Assembly: GCA_951406725.2 (NCBI GenBank)
Contig: OX597817.1
Coordinates: 34,782,001 to 34,846,000 of the forward strand
DNA length: 64,000 nucleotides
Direction: 5' to 3'
DNA from: Octopus vulgaris
Taxonomy: Eukaryota
Below are positions 38,620-52,670 of the stretch, one piece after another. Position 1 is the stretch's first letter. The number at the start of each line of letters is the position of its first letter. Under the pieces are notes generated by a model, which had not been told where the DNA came from, did not search any database, and saw nothing but the letters and a program-made list of their open reading frames with translations. Both the position numbers and the translations under genes were made by a program.

Positions 38620-39231
38620 AATGTATATGTATATGTATGCATACATATGTGAGAGTATATATATATATATACATACACACACACACATATATACACACAC
38701 ACACACACATATATATATATACACTCACACACACACATATTTATATATATATATATGTGTATATGCGTGTATGTGTGCGTATGTGTGCGTATGTGTATAT
38801 AGCTTTACTCAGCCTTACTCAGAGCGAGGCTAAAATCTATTTGTCGATCTTTCGGGATTTTATTCATATTTTTCACTTTCATGGAATTTGAAAAACAATA
38901 AAACAATGACATGGTTGATCAACTTTTTTATTCAATTATGTATTAAGGTTACATCTTCGTTTCAGTCCACTTTCATCACCAGTTCAAGTAGAAATTCTTG
39001 TTTTGCTTTTCAAATTATATTAACATATTTGTATCAATTCAGAATGATTACGGAATTTGTTGCAGGATGCCGTAAGGGGCCTCTCATATTTAAACGTAAA
39101 GTACTACAATACGAAATTTTCGAGTAGCTCGATTCTCCCTTGTCTTCTTATTGTGGAGGATTCATTTTTTAAATTCATTTCTGCCTTTGATTTATAGCAC
39201 TCTCAAATGAAACTATGTGGATTATTACTTG

Positions 39232-39648
39232 TTCCTCTTTTACTCTTTTACAGTTTTCCTTGTTTCAGGCATTTGACTGCGGCCATGCTGGAGCACCGCC
39301 TTTTAGTCGAGCAAATCGATCCCAGGACTTATTCTTTGTAAGCCTAGTACTTATTCTATCGGTCTCTTTCGCCGAACCGCTATGCTACGGGGACGTAAAC
39401 ACACCAGCATCGGTTGTCAAGCGATGTTGCGGAGACAAACACAGACACACAAACACATACACACACACACACATATATATATATATACATATATACGACG
39501 GGCTTCTTTCAGTTTCCATCTACCAAATCCACTCACAAGGCTTTGGTCGGCCTGAGGCTATAGCAGAAGACACTTGCCGAAGGTGCCACGCAGTGGGACT
39601 GAACCCGGAACAATGTGGTTGTGAAGCAAACTACTTAGCACACAGCCA
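39232..39648 (-). mobile_element. SINE family A
   Basis: Family A match. Confidence 0.9.
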
Positions 39649-39797
39649 TTGTCAAGCAATAAATAAAAAAACAAAAAATAATTGAGTAGTTTTGATTGGT
39701 TATAATTGTATCTATGTCTCGTAAATTCATAATATTTTGCATTCTGAATATTTTGTACTCATCAAAATAGATGTGTTTACAGAGTAGTCGCAGATAA

Positions 39798-40348
39798 GCG
39801 CAGGCATGGCTGTGCTGTGTTGTAAGATGCTTACTTCCCAATCTCGTGGTTCCGTGTTCAGTCCCACTGCATGGCACCTTGAGCAAGTGTATTCTAATAC
39901 AGCCTTGGGCCGACCAAAGCTTTGCGAGTGGATGTGAGTGACGGAAACTGAAAGAAGCCCGTTCTGAATGTGTGTGTGTGTGTACGTGTATGTGTGTTCA
40001 TGTGTGTGTGTGCTCATGTGTGTGTGTATGTGTGAGTGTGAGTGTGCTCATGGGTGTGTGTGTTCATGGGTGTGTGTGTGTTCATGGGTGTGTGCGTGTT
40101 CATGGGTGTGTGTGTGTGTGGTTGTATCTATGTGTCTTTGTGTCTATGTTGTCTCCCACCACAACTTGACAACCAGTATTGGTGTGTTTACGTCACTTAA
40201 CTTAGCGGTTTGGCGAAAAGAACGATAGAATAAGTGCCATACTTTAAAAACAGTAAGTACTTGGGTCTATTCATTCGACAAAAAATTCAAGGCGGTGCCT
40301 CAGCAGGGCCTAAGTCTAATGACTGAAACAAGCAAAAAGTTGAAGATA
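39798..40348 (+). mobile_element. SINE family A, diverged, with internal (TG)n-catgg minisatellite
   Basis: Family A match. Confidence 0.85.
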
Positions 40349-40917
40349 AAGCTTGTTCACCCGATGAGATTTGCGGTGAAATTATACCATGTCAACGCAA
40401 GAAATATACGAGACATCATTATTTCTCGATTTATCACCACAAAATTATCTACAAGTCTATTCAACCAATGGGAAAAAAGAACACGATTTTTGTCCCAAGA
40501 GACCTGCTTGTGACGCAGAGCAAGCAACAACTTCGACATTTTTGTCGTGATTTTCATGCCCAGTAACTGCAATTAACAACATATGTTACTAATTGTAAGT
40601 GTACTTTTGTTTTACTCTTCACATTATAAATTTGATAGGACTGTTTCGATTAAAGATAGGACAACTCCTTTTTTGAATGGTTGTATACTGTCAATCTAAC
40701 GTGAACGTGACAGTAGGGGTTTACACCACCGCTGTTTAGCCCTAGGAAGCATCGACGCTTCCTGCTGGCTTCGACACATTTTTCCTGTGTCCTTATATAC
40801 ATTTACGAAGGGGAGACAAACACCCCCAGCAGCCAGGCCTGCATCTAGAGACACGCATGTTTCAGGATCATTGTCCATCAAAGTTATGAACTAGATGATG
40901 GATTTGTTTTTATATCA

Positions 40918-41330
40918 TAGGCGTAGGAGTAGCTGTGTAGTAAGTAGCTTGCTTACGAACCACATGCTTTCGGGTTCAATCCCACTGCGTGGCACCTTGG
41001 ATAAGTGTCTTCTACTATAGCCTCGGTACGACCAAAGCCTTGTGAGTGGATTTGGTAGACGGAAACTGAAAGAAGCCCGTCGTAGATATGTATATATATG
41101 TATGTGTAAGTATATGTTTGTGTGTCTGTGTTTGTCCCCGCAACATCGCTTGACAACCGATGCTGGTGTGTTTACGTCCCCGTAACTTAGTGGTTCGGCA
41201 AAACAGACCGATAGAATAAGTACTAGGCTTACAAAGAATAAGTCCTGGGGTAGATTTGCTCGGTCGACTAAAGGCGATGCTCCAGAATGGCCACAGTCAA
41301 ATGACTGAAACAAGTAAAAGAGTAAAATAG
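40918..41330 (+). mobile_element. SINE family A
   Basis: Family A match; 3' flank duplicated at 49664-49874. Confidence 0.9.
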
Positions 41331-41989
41331 TATATGTATTTTAATAGCTTAATATCTCTCGCAACATCATGCTCACAAATATACACTGTATGTTATGCAG
41401 GTAAACATCAAATGTGAGAACTGAATAAGCAACAATGCAAGTACTCAACCAGAACTTAATAAGACCTTATCTAGCATTGGCAAATTCATTTCTTCCAACG
41501 TTCACTGACATCTTTCTCTGATAGTGACTGTTAGCATTTACACATATGCTATTTTTGAAAGAGCAAGATAGTGAACGATGCTACAGCATACTAGAAGTAA
41601 TAGTAGGTACTACAATATATTCGAGTATAGCGTTTGATCTAAGGATTGTTTGAGAAAAATCTATTCGGGTCTCGCTACGAACTTGAAAAAATATGACGCA
41701 TGCTGTGGTTTGGTAGGCTTGTAGATAACCCTGTGCGCATAAATTGAGAATTACTGATGTTATTATGTTTCTTACGTTTTAACAGTTTCTTATGTTCTAA
41801 CGGAAAAATTATACGGCAGATTTCATCAGGTGCACAGGCTTATCCGCAACTATTCTATAAAATATTATCCCCTAAATCGAGGTTTCTCAACTTGACTGCT
41901 GAATGTGCAATTATTAACATTGTGTTATATATTTATCCAATCATTTCCATTTTCAATGTTTATTGTACGATGTTTATATATTTCAATCT

Positions 41990-43930
41990 CTCCAACGAAG
42001 AAAATATCGTCAATCCCACATTATTTATCTTACAGATTTATTGCTGTTCTCAGAATAGCCAATTACCGATGCGTTTTTGTGCAATGAAGCCATGACATCT
42101 TCACGCATGAAGTAATATTTACTTTGCATATACGCTGATCAGAAGGACGAACTTTTATTATATCTCCTAAAACTTCAGATCTCATTGGAAAAGTGGAAAA
42201 TACTTCGTCGTACAATATTGTGTTGTTACTCATCGCAAAGACCTTTAAGACCTATACTATAGGCGAAACAACTTCTCGATCTGTTATTGAAGTTCTCTCG
42301 ACTGTAACGCATGAAAAGTCAGACTCCATTATCAGAAAAATTCTATTTAGTAATGATACAATTATTCAACCCCAACATCAAACATCAATTCACCTATATC
42401 TCTAGTGTTCTGAATATTCCCTACAAGTGGATGAGTGAACTGGAGACAGTCGATGCTTGATGATGGTATTATGTTTGTTTCTTTTTAGTGGAAATATTTA
42501 ACCTTATGAGGAAATGTAGTTCAATGATCAATTGTTGCTTGACTCAAAATGTCTATTTTAGAATTATTGAAACTACTTTTTATGAGCATAACATTACATT
42601 GGCCAATATTGTTGCCTGTGCACCTAATGGATCGCCTGTTTTGGTAAATACAGGGGTCTCTCCTAAAACATGCAATGTTGTACGTCATCTTAACTTTTCG
42701 CAGTGTGGCTCACTGACAACATCCACTGACAAAAATATCAATAATAAGATTGGTGATATACTGCTGCAAGTTATCAAGACAGTAAACAAATTAAGATCGA
42801 ATTATTTATCTGATTGAATTTTCTGTTAGCAGAATGTTTCAGTAATAATGATGACTATGCAAGGATTTTGTATTGTACGATGGTTGACAAATGACAACAA
42901 TTTTGCCTCTTTAGCGGACTGGACTCTTTAATGCAAGCATAGAATATTTTTTCAAAGCACTCAGTAATCTTTTTCCCTGATGGTTGCTAAATCTGACGTC
43001 TGTTCCTTAATGACATATTCATCAGGCTAAATTAGCTTAATACGTTGTCACAAAAAAAGCAAAAACCGGTTGTTAACTGCAAAGCGTCCATCACTGCATT
43101 CATTTCTAAATTGGCTCTTTATATGGGGTACACATCTACACTTCAAGTCCACAGTTTCAACGAATGGATAGCTTTGAAAGATAAATTGTTTCATAAGTGT
43201 ATCGTTACCTATCGTGACTGTCTGCAATGATTGCATGGTGACATGGTTCAGCAATCCTAAACTATTGCCCTCTCTGTTCAAGTTCTATGTAGCAGCCAGC
43301 TTGAAGTCAAGTAATCGACAACAAAGACAATCTTCCAGAAGAATAATAGATTTACAAAATGACGATGAAGTCATAAGGTTAAGTTAAGTTAAGTTAATTT
43401 TTGGCTCAAAAAGCAAAAGCAAGGTCATGTAGAGGGGACATGGAGTTATGTACAGGGAGGGTGTTTATGCAAAGAGTTCAGGCCATTTCTGGTCAAGAGA
43501 GACTTTGAACCGAGCGGTCATCGGCATCTTCACTATCTCGTCCGGCAGCTTATTCCACGGATCCGCAACCCGGACGGAGAAAGCCCCTCTCCTTCGATTG
43601 AGATAAAATCGTCGCAGATAGAGCTTTTCGGAGTGACCCCGCAGCCGACGCTCTGGAGCAGGAGTGAAGAACAGCTCTTTCGAGATGTTACACTTTCCGC
43701 TTATGATGTTGTGAGCGTGATATCAGTTTCACGGCAAAGCAAGTCGTGTGACATCAAAATATATTGAATATTTACTCCACTCAATAAAAGCACATGAAGC
43801 TGATTTTTCTTGTCTTTTTTAACGTCCTAATTAGTGGAGGATAAAATTAACCTTGTCGTACTTTGCTATCTAAAAGAAAAAAAAATAGGCTAGATATGTA
43901 ACAAGCAGGATGATTTGCGGTTAGGGACTA
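41990..43930 (+). mobile_element. hAT (Buster/Charlie, SCAND3/ZBED5-like) transposase remnant
   Basis: SYNIVLLLIAK...TIGE, ILFSNDTI, YSLQVDE*T, ACAPNGSP, VIKTVNKLR. Confidence 0.8.
43377..43718 (-). mobile_element. CR1-type LINE 3' fragment nested in the hAT remnant
   Basis: RLRGHSEKL...FSVRVADPWNKLP...FKVSLD; (TTAAC)n tail. Confidence 0.9.
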
Positions 43931-44640
43931 CTAATTTTATTCTATAAGTTTTTCATGCAGAAGGTGTCTCTGGATAACTTTCTCTATCGGTTCTTTTAAG
44001 TTATCACTCCCATCAATGTTCATTCACGCAAAATATGTATAGTTCCAAGTCATTTAGAATTTGGTATACTATGTTTTTATGATATGGTCTAATAAAACCA
44101 GAGCTGTTTCTGAACATGCCAAAGATCAATCTCACCTCGTACTCCATGTTTCCCATTAACGTTTAAGACTTTTCTACTCACTGTGAGCGAGATTTTAACA
44201 AATAGCACTTAACTAAAGATAAATATTAACAATCAGAGAATATATGTGTTGAAAGTTGTATGAAGACAGCTGAGAATAATAGTCCCCTCAACAGCTACTA
44301 CAATATACGAGTACATACCGAAACTTTAACGTACACACACATACGCTCGCGCGGACACATACACACGTACGCACACACACACACATAGACGCACATGCGT
44401 TTTGGAAGTCTTTATATATCATTGTGTGTTTGTGCGTGCGCGTGTTAGCGTGTGTATAAGTATGCATGTGTATATGTTCCTGTACGTATGTACTTATATG
44501 CATGCGTAAATGTGCGCATGTGTGTTTTTTATTATGTATACACACGTGTATGCGATTTATCAATCTTTAATTATTGCAAATGTCTCACCATATTTAATAT
44601 ATACACAACACACAATATACACATACACACATTTACACAC

Positions 44641-44731
<91 letters not shown>

Positions 44732-45849
44732 TACACACGCATAGATACATGCACATACACATTAACCTTCTGACCTGACACAATGACTGCTTTTATTTTA
44801 TTTCATTTCTGCTTTATTTTTAATTTTACTTTTTATTTACTCAATTATTCTCGTTTCTGCTTTTCAAAAGTTTTTCTCTTTTTAACATTTTTTTTCTTCT
44901 TTAATCTTCTTCCTTATTTTCCTCATCTCTATCTCTTTGCATTTTCCCTTTTGTTTCATATAGTCATTATAAGTTTCAAATGCCTCTTCTTTTTTTCTGT
45001 ATTCTTTTCCTTTATTCAGTAAATCCCTCTCTCTCTCTCTCTCTCTCCTCACACACACACAACCACACACTTTGTTTCTTTTATCTCTTTTATTTTTTCC
45101 TTGTCATTTTTATTTATTTATTTGTTTACCCCTATATTTATTTTCTATTTTCATGTCATTCTCTCCTTCCTTCTGCCTTTATACTAGAATCCCCCCCCCC
45201 ACTTTTTAATTTTTCTGTTGGTTTTTTTTTTTTCTTCAAGTTTTGATTTCTTCTTAATGAGTATATTGTATATATATTGTTGATGTTGTTTCTTTTGCTT
45301 CTGCTGTTGTTGATGTACATTGCTGTTATATTGTTCGTTTTATTTTTGTACTTATGGTGAGCGATGTAGTGCAGAGTTGTAGATTCTAGGAAGAAAAATA
45401 AGATGGTGTGATGACATTAGTTCCTTTCTACAAAAGCATTAGCTTTTAGCTTTAGAGCTAGTTCATACTGTTTACGATGCTGAATTCGACTGAGAAAAAA
45501 ATTAATAAAAAAAAAAAAAGAAAACAATTAATACAATCGAATATTTATAAAGAGAACCTAGAATAATGGTTTCAATAGTTTCCACAACCCTGAGCATACA
45601 AAGTTCATGCATAAGCTGTCCAGAAAAAATAAAGTAAAAGTATGAACAGATTGAACATTGCTGAGTTCTGTGAGATGTTAGGTACGTAATGGTGTAGAAA
45701 AACTTGTGGGAAAGTATAGAAGAGTTGGCGGTAGGTAAAATGGAAGAGCTGGCATGTTGGTACGTTGTAATAGGGAAGCATGTATGTTTGGTGGGTGTTA
45801 AAATAGAAAAATGGAGTACTGGCATGAGGTAAGGCAACTGAAGTCCACA

Positions 45850-46555
45850 TGTTCCTTATTGACTTTGCCACGAATGATAAGATCAAGAGAGCTAAATATT
45901 CTTTTCTATCAAGTGTCAATGTCCCTGGATCTGATGCCATCGTAGCGGAAATATATCACAGCGCTGGTCCTTGATTTGTCGCTGGCCTCTCTGGACTCTT
46001 CAACTCAATGTGGTGCAAGAACATCCCATCGGAGTTAATGCTTGCCTTAATTTTCCACCTCTACTAAAAAAAAAAAAAAGGAAATCGTCAATGTTGTAAC
46101 AACCTCTAGAAACCTCTCTTTTACTCTTTTACTTGTTTCAGTAATTTGACTGCGGCCATGCTGGAGCACCGCCTTTAGTCGAGCAAATCGACCCCAGGAC
46201 TTATTCTTTGTAAGCTTAGTGCTTATTCTATCGGTCTCTTTTGCCGAACCGCTAAGTTACGGGGACGTAAACACACCAGCATCGGTTGTCAAGCAATGTT
46301 GGGGGTGGGGACAAACACAGACACACAAACATATACACACACACATACATATACATATATACATATATTCGACGGGCTTCTTTCAGTTTCCGTCTACCAA
46401 ATCCACTCCCAAGGCTTTGGTCCGCCTTCTGGAAAAACAATTACTTGTTCACTTTAGAATCTCCTACTTGAGAGACGATGCTACTTTAAAGAGGGACATG
46501 GTGTTTGCTACTTTAAAGCCGACATGGTGTTTGCAGCTTGCCAAATTCAGGGTGA
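45850..46555 (+). mobile_element. RTE-clade RT remnant interrupted by a SINE
   Basis: VPGSDAIVAEIY, LF...W, LY*K.KGNRQCCNN, DMVFA. Confidence 0.75.
46113..46423 (-). mobile_element. SINE family A, 5'-truncated
   Basis: Family A match. Confidence 0.9.
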
Positions 46556-46559
46556 GTGC

Positions 46560-46935
46560 CAGAAGTAGTATCGTAGCCTCTAAACAACCTTTGTCGACAT
46601 TACAAAACACTTGATAGTGTCAGTTTTATATATTGCAGGTGCCTCATATTCCTTGTGAAGTGGTGGTTGATGCAGTTAATTTGGTTTTCTATATACTGAT
46701 GGTGAGTCTACAATCACTGCAAGTTGAAGACCTGTTCGTGCTCTACTGTATCTCAGGCTCTGAGCTTGTATTGTGAGTCAAGGCAGTAGTAAATAGACAC
46801 CGTCATAGTTTCCACTTTTGCCTCGGTTTTGATGCGGAGACTTCCCGAGTTGAAGAGACTGTCGTCGGTGTGTTAGCACATGGCAAAGCCATCCTCTCTG
46901 TTTTGGAATGCATTAATCAGCATGGCTGAATATGA
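46560..46935 (-). mobile_element. RTE-clade RT remnant in opposite orientation
   Basis: AMLINAFQNREDG...TDDSLFN..LRIKT..KV (cf. BovB-like RTDGxLFNLRRLxAKTKV). Confidence 0.65.
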
Positions 46936-47351
46936 CATTCTGAAAAGTGCAAGAGTCAGCGCAATCCTAGAAATAGTTCATGTATGTGTCTACAAGGATC
47001 TCTCCCGTATTTTAGATAGAAATCTAGTATACACGACAGAACAACTGCTAAAAAAAATAAGCCAATAAAAGAATCTCTTCGTGGTAACTCGACCTGTAAG
47101 AAATAACAGTAAAATTCTCATCAATCTCTCTATTTGATGTACTGAGGCATTTTATTCTGACACCAACACTACTGGCCTACTGGCTTAAATAAGGAAGAAC
47201 ATATTGGTTAGACATAGATGGTGGCAGTTAGAATGCCTTTGATCATAGGTTGGCTCAATCAGAGATAGCCTAGGGCTAAACAACAACAACAAGAAAAACA
47301 ACAACTGAAGAGGAAACAGCTGAATATGGCAGTCATTCTTTGTGTTCTTAC

Positions 47352-47513
47352 TTCATAAGAAAAGAAGTCATTATACCAAGTTTTTCTTTTCGGTCGAGAT
47401 GCAAAAATTCCTCTGATGTCTGGATGTCTTCCGGAAAGAAACTTCTGACATAAGAAGTACGCGTTGTCTAAATACCTATGATATCGTAAACTTGGCATTG
47501 CTCGCAGTTTAAG
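47352..47513 (-). pseudogene. Exon candidate truncated by a SINE
   Basis: Open AMPSLRYHRYLDNAYFLCQKFLSGRHPDIRGIFASRPKRKTWYNDFFSYE ending GAA|GTAAG. Confidence 0.3.
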
Positions 47514-47515
47514 GT

Positions 47516-47929
47516 TTACTCTCTTTTACTCTTTTACTTGTTTCAGTCATTTGACTGCGGCCATGCTGGAGCACCACCTTTAGTCGAGCAAATCCAGGAC
47601 TTATTCTTTGTAAGCCTAGTACTTATTCTATCGGTCTCTTTTGCCGAACCGCTAGGTTACAGGGACATAAACACATCACCATCGGTTGCCAAGCAATGTT
47701 GGAGGGACAAACACAGACACACAAACATATACACACACAAACAAATATATATATATACATATACATATATACGACGGGCTTCTTTCAGTTTCCGTCTACC
47801 AAATCCACTCACAAGGCTTTGGTCGGCCCGAGGCTAAGTAGAAGACACTTGCCCAAGGTGCTACGCAGTGGGAATGAACCCGGAACCATGTGGTTGGTAA
47901 GCAAGCTACTTACCACACAGCCACTCCTA
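47516..47929 (-). mobile_element. SINE family A
   Basis: Family A match. Confidence 0.9.
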
Positions 47930-48273
47930 TTTAATATTTTTATAATTAGTTGAAGATAATTTTTATAGGAATATTTCAAAAGTCAAGATTTAGTAATCAT
48001 AAGAGTGAGAAAGTTTTGTCAGAATTATGACTGGGGGGAAATAACAAGTAAATGGATTAGATGGGCTTAAGAAATTTGTTAAAAGGATCAAGGATGAATT
48101 TCAAAGCAAATTAACAAAATGAGTATCTTGGTTAACTGGTGTACTACTGCATGTGTGAATTCATTATTTTGCCTGTGCCGCTTCACAGGCAATGCTTTCT
48201 GTAAATTCTCTTTAAATCTGACTTTATGTTTAGGTCATGTTCAGATTATAAAGTTCTAGTGGAATTATTAAAA

Positions 48274-48650
48274 GGCCAGCAATTTTGAGGAAGGGGTTAA
48301 GTCGATTAGAGCGATCCCAGTGCTCAGCTGGTACTTATCTTATCAACCCCAAAAGGGTGAAAGGCGAAGTCAACCTCGGCGGAATTTGAACTCAGAACAA
48401 AAAGACAGACGAAATGTTGCTAAGCATTTCGTCCGGCATGCTAACAGTTCTTCCACCTCGCTGCCTTAGTTTCTGTAGGAATACTGATTTCATATTTTGG
48501 AGAAAAAAAAAACCCAGCAAGTTCGGGTGAGGAGGTAATTCAACCCTAGTCATATTATCGACAGTAGTCGTATTATCGACCCCGAAAAGATGAAAAGTAA
48601 AGTCGATCTCGGCGGAATTTGAACACAGGACGTAAAAACGGACGAAATTT
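48274..48650 (-). mobile_element. SINE family B copy (48274-48467) and fragment (48572-48650)
   Basis: Family B match. Confidence 0.8.
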
Positions 48651-48825
48651 CTGTAGAAATATTAGCGAAGTATTGAAGCAGATAATTGTTATTTGACTTA
48701 AATCATTTTCCAAGTAAATCCACATTCACTTATACGTTGTCATGGACAGTAATAGATAATACGTCGGATTTTTGTGGAAAAGTGGTGAAATCGTATACTG
48801 TCGATGGAACAGATTAGTACTCATT

Positions 48826-49043
48826 CTCTTTTACTCTTTTACTTGTTTCAGTCATTTGACTGTGGCCATGCTGGAGCACCGCCTTTAGTCGAGCAAATCG
48901 ATCCCAGGACTTATTCTTTGTAAGCCTAGTACTTATTCTATCGGTCTCTTTTGCCGAACTGCTAAGTTACAGGGACTTAAATACACCAGCATCGGTTGTC
49001 AAGCGATGTTCAGGGGAAAAACAGGCACAAACACACACACACA

Positions 49044-49104
<61 letters not shown>

Positions 49105-49140
49105 AGACACAGACACACACACACACACACACAGATATAT
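48826..49140 (-). mobile_element. SINE family A, 3' half
   Basis: Family A match. Confidence 0.9.
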
Positions 49141-49229
49141 ATTCTTGCATGGACATTAGTTTCTTCTTTATTCTAGTTAGTCCATTGCTACACGAATGTT
49201 TTGTAATCACTATTTTCTTACCTGCTTTG

Positions 49230-49367
49230 CTAGCTTGCTTACGAACCACATGGTTCCGGGTTCAGTCCCACTGCGTGGCACCTTGGGCAAGTGTCTTCTA
49301 CTATAGCCTTGGGCCGACCAAAGCCTTGTGAGTGGATTTGGTAGACGGAAACTGAAAGAAGCCCGTC

Positions 49368-49432
<65 letters not shown>

Positions 49433-49663
49433 CGTGTGTGTGTGTGTGTGTGTGTTTGTGTGTCTGTGTTTGTCCCCGCAACATCGCTTGACAACCGATG
49501 CTGTTGTGTTTACGTCCCCGTAACTTAGCAGTTCGGCAAAACAGACCGATAGAATAAGTACTAGGCTTACAAAAATAAGTCCTGGGATCGACTTGCTCGA
49601 CTAAAGGCGGTGCTCCAGCATGGCCACAGTCAAATGACTGAAACAAGTAGAAGAGTAAAATAG
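49230..49663 (+). mobile_element. SINE family A
   Basis: Family A match. Confidence 0.9.
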
Positions 49664-49984
49664 TATATGTATTTTAATAGCTTAATATCTCTCGCAACAT
49701 CATGCTCACACTGTATGTTATGCAAGTAAACATCAAATGTGAGAACTGAATAAGCAACAATGCAAGTACTCAACCAGAACTTCATAAGACCTTATCTATC
49801 ATAGGCAAATTCATTTCTTCCAACGTTCACTGACATGTTTCCCTTATTAAGACTGTTAGCACTTATATATATGCATGGCCACTGTCAAATGACTGGAACA
49901 AGTAAGAGAGTAAAAGAGTAAAAACACGAAGATAATAATTCAAAATATCTAAGAAGGGACACCTACATAGTCATTCAGCCAACT

Positions 49985-50291
49985 GTGGAAGCACATGGCC
50001 TAGTGGTTAGAGCAGCGGACTCGCGGTCGAGGGATCGTGGTTTCGAATCTCAGACCGGGCGATGTTTATGTATTTATGAGCGAAACACCTAAGCTCTACG
50101 CGGCTCCGGCAGAAGGTAATGGCGAACTTCTGCTGACTCTTTTGCCACAACTTTCTCTCACTCTTTCTTCCTGCATCTTGCAGCTCACCTGCGATGGACT
50201 GGCGTAGCATCCAGGTGGGGAACCTATACGCCAAGGAAACCGGGAAACCGGTCCTCATGAGCCAGGCGAGGCTCTAGAAGGAACAAACAAA
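49985..50291 (+). mobile_element. SINE family C with cctgcgatggactggc module
   Basis: tRNA-like head; gaaggaacaaacaa tail. Confidence 0.9.
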
Positions 50292-50457
50292 TTCAACCAA
50301 CTAGAAATCGCAACCATAGATGGTCAAAACGATATAATCATGATTGAAATCCTTTAGATAACAGATTTGTTTAATCAGGGCTGATCTGGGGCTAAAAACC
50401 TATAACAGCATCTCGAAGAAAAGCCAATGGATGAGTTATATTTTATTTTTGTATCTT

Positions 50458-50610
50458 CTACTTGTTTCAGTCATTAGACTGCGGTCATGCTGCGGCACCG
50501 CCTTAAAGAAAATTAGTCGAATGAATCGACTCTTGCAATTTTTTTTTTTTAGCCTGGTACATATTCTATCAGTTATTTTCGCCGAACCGTTAAGTTACGG
50601 GGACGTACAC
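50458..50610 (-). mobile_element. SINE family A, 3' fragment
   Basis: Diverged match. Confidence 0.7.
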
Positions 50611-50722
50611 ACAAGATCAGTAATTTGAGAGGACTGGAGGGTTAGTCATTTCATCGACCCCAATGCTTGAGTTGGTTCTTTATTGTGTCAACGAAGAAAT
50701 AATGAAAGGCAGAATTTGAAGT

Positions 50723-51462
50723 AAGGCGCGGGCGTGGTTGAGTGGTAAGTTTGTTTCCCAGCCACATGGTTTCGGGTTCGGTCCCACTGCGTAGCACCTT
50801 TGGGAAGTATCTTCTACTATAGTCTCGGGTCAACTAAGGCCTTGCGAGTGAATTTCATGAAATGAAGACCGTTATATATATTGTCCCCAACCACCGACCG
50901 CCTTACAACCGGTGTTGGTGTGTTTACGATAAAATAAGAATCGGGTTTAACTTAGCGATAAAATATCATTCATCATCATTGTTCGACCGTGGTCGAGACA
51001 ATGGAATTTACCATGCTACGCCAGACTTCACGGTCCATCATGGTATTACGGAGGTCCTGTTGCTGGATGCTTGTATCCCTGGAGATTACATCAGGGTAGG
51101 AGAGTGTGCGCCCTCTGGTATTGCGAGTAGATGGCTTCCAGAGGAGAAGAGTAGAAATTGCCTCGTTTACAGCTCGACAACAATGTCCAGCAAACTGGAC
51201 TCTCCTACCTTTCACAAGAGATGACACAGGTGGTAGTTTCCCATATATTTGCATTTTGGTTGGATGACGCTTCTACGAGAGATTTTGAGCTCTCATAAGG
51301 AGGCGAGTGTAGGTTCATTCCAACCGCCTCTCAAGCTTCTTTGATAACGATAAATTAAGCATCAGGCTTTAAAAAGAAATAAGTACTGGAGTCGATTTTT
51401 CCTCAATGAGGTGACCCAGCATGACTGTAGTTTAATGACTGAAACAAGAAAAACAAAAAGAT
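50723..51462 (+). mobile_element. Old SINE family A copy split by a LINE insertion
   Basis: Head 50723-50960, tail 51346-51462. Confidence 0.7.
50965..51345 (-). mobile_element. RTE-like LINE 3' end
   Basis: YTRLLMRAQN, RRVQFAGHC.R, LLLWKP, MMDREVWR; tgatga tail. Confidence 0.85.
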
Positions 51463-52018
51463 AATGTAAAGAGCCGGAACAAACATGGCTAAGCAATATG
51501 TCCGATTCGCTAACGATTTTGCGGCTCGCCATCTTAATCCTATGAATACAATTAAATAGACGTCTTTATTGAACTCAATGTTACAACTACATTTTCTACT
51601 GATAACAGGATAACAAACAATAAACAAAGCGAAAACAAGCCTTGTTTGTACTAGTAACATTTGCGTGTGTGCGTTTAGGTACAGCTGTCGGAGTTTCTGT
51701 ACGAATGCTGTGTCAGCAGATTTTTCTTGGCGTGTATATGTGTGCGGTTGTGAGCATGCCTGTATTCCTGTACGTGTGTGTGTCTGCGAGTGCGAATCGG
51801 AAGATTTCTTGCAAGAATTAATTTATAAAATTTCTTTCGGTTTTACGCGTAGATGCATTTATGCATAGATATACATATCTGCAAAACACATTCAGGCAGA
51901 TTTTCACTTGTGTGTGTGTGTGTGTGTGTGTGCGTGTGCATGCATGCGCGTGTGTGTGTGCGTGTGGGTGTGCGTGTGTGTGTGTGCGTGTGTATGTACA
52001 TAGTGATATATAGATAGA

Positions 52019-52058
<40 letters not shown>

Positions 52059-52086
52059 TAAATTAATCAAAATATATATGTATATG

Positions 52087-52313
52087 TACTCTTTTACTCT
52101 TTTACTTGTTTCAGTCATTTGACTGCGGCCATGCTGGAGCACCGCCTTTAGTCGAGCAAATCGACCCCGGGACTTATTTTTTGTAAGCCCAGTACTTATT
52201 CTATCGGTCTCTTTTGCCGAACCGCTAAGTGACGGGGACGTAAACACACCAGCATCGGTTGTCAAGCAATGCTAGGGGGACAAACACAGACACACAAACA
52301 CACAGACACACAA

Positions 52314-52356
<43 letters not shown>

Positions 52357-52374
52357 CACGACAGGCTTCTTTCA
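52087..52374 (-). mobile_element. SINE family A, 3' part
   Basis: Family A match. Confidence 0.9.
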
Positions 52375-52670
52375 TATATATATAAGGATAAGATCGTTAA
52401 TTTAAAATAAATAACGATCCTATCAAGGGGCCAACATGGAAATAAAAATCTTCAAAGGTAATAATTATTATTAAAATTATAATTTAGGGTATCTACGGGA
52501 TACCGCCATGCTGAAAATAGCAGCCAGAACCTTACTCTAAAACCACCTTAACTGTTCATACAGCACAAGTAGAGAAGAAATGCATAGACATATTCACATA
52601 CATGTGTATGCACGTTTGTGGGTGTGTGTATATGTGTATGTATATGTATATATATATATATACTTACCAC

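Larger units (their letters stand above)
38819..40566 (-). pseudogene. Decayed large exon candidate with WSC-like motif, split by two SINEs
   Basis: aattgcag acceptor, GTAAG donor; EVVACSASQAGLLGQKSCSFFPLVE*TCR*FCGDK, ICDYS...SECK, FI*ECYK. Confidence 0.3.
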
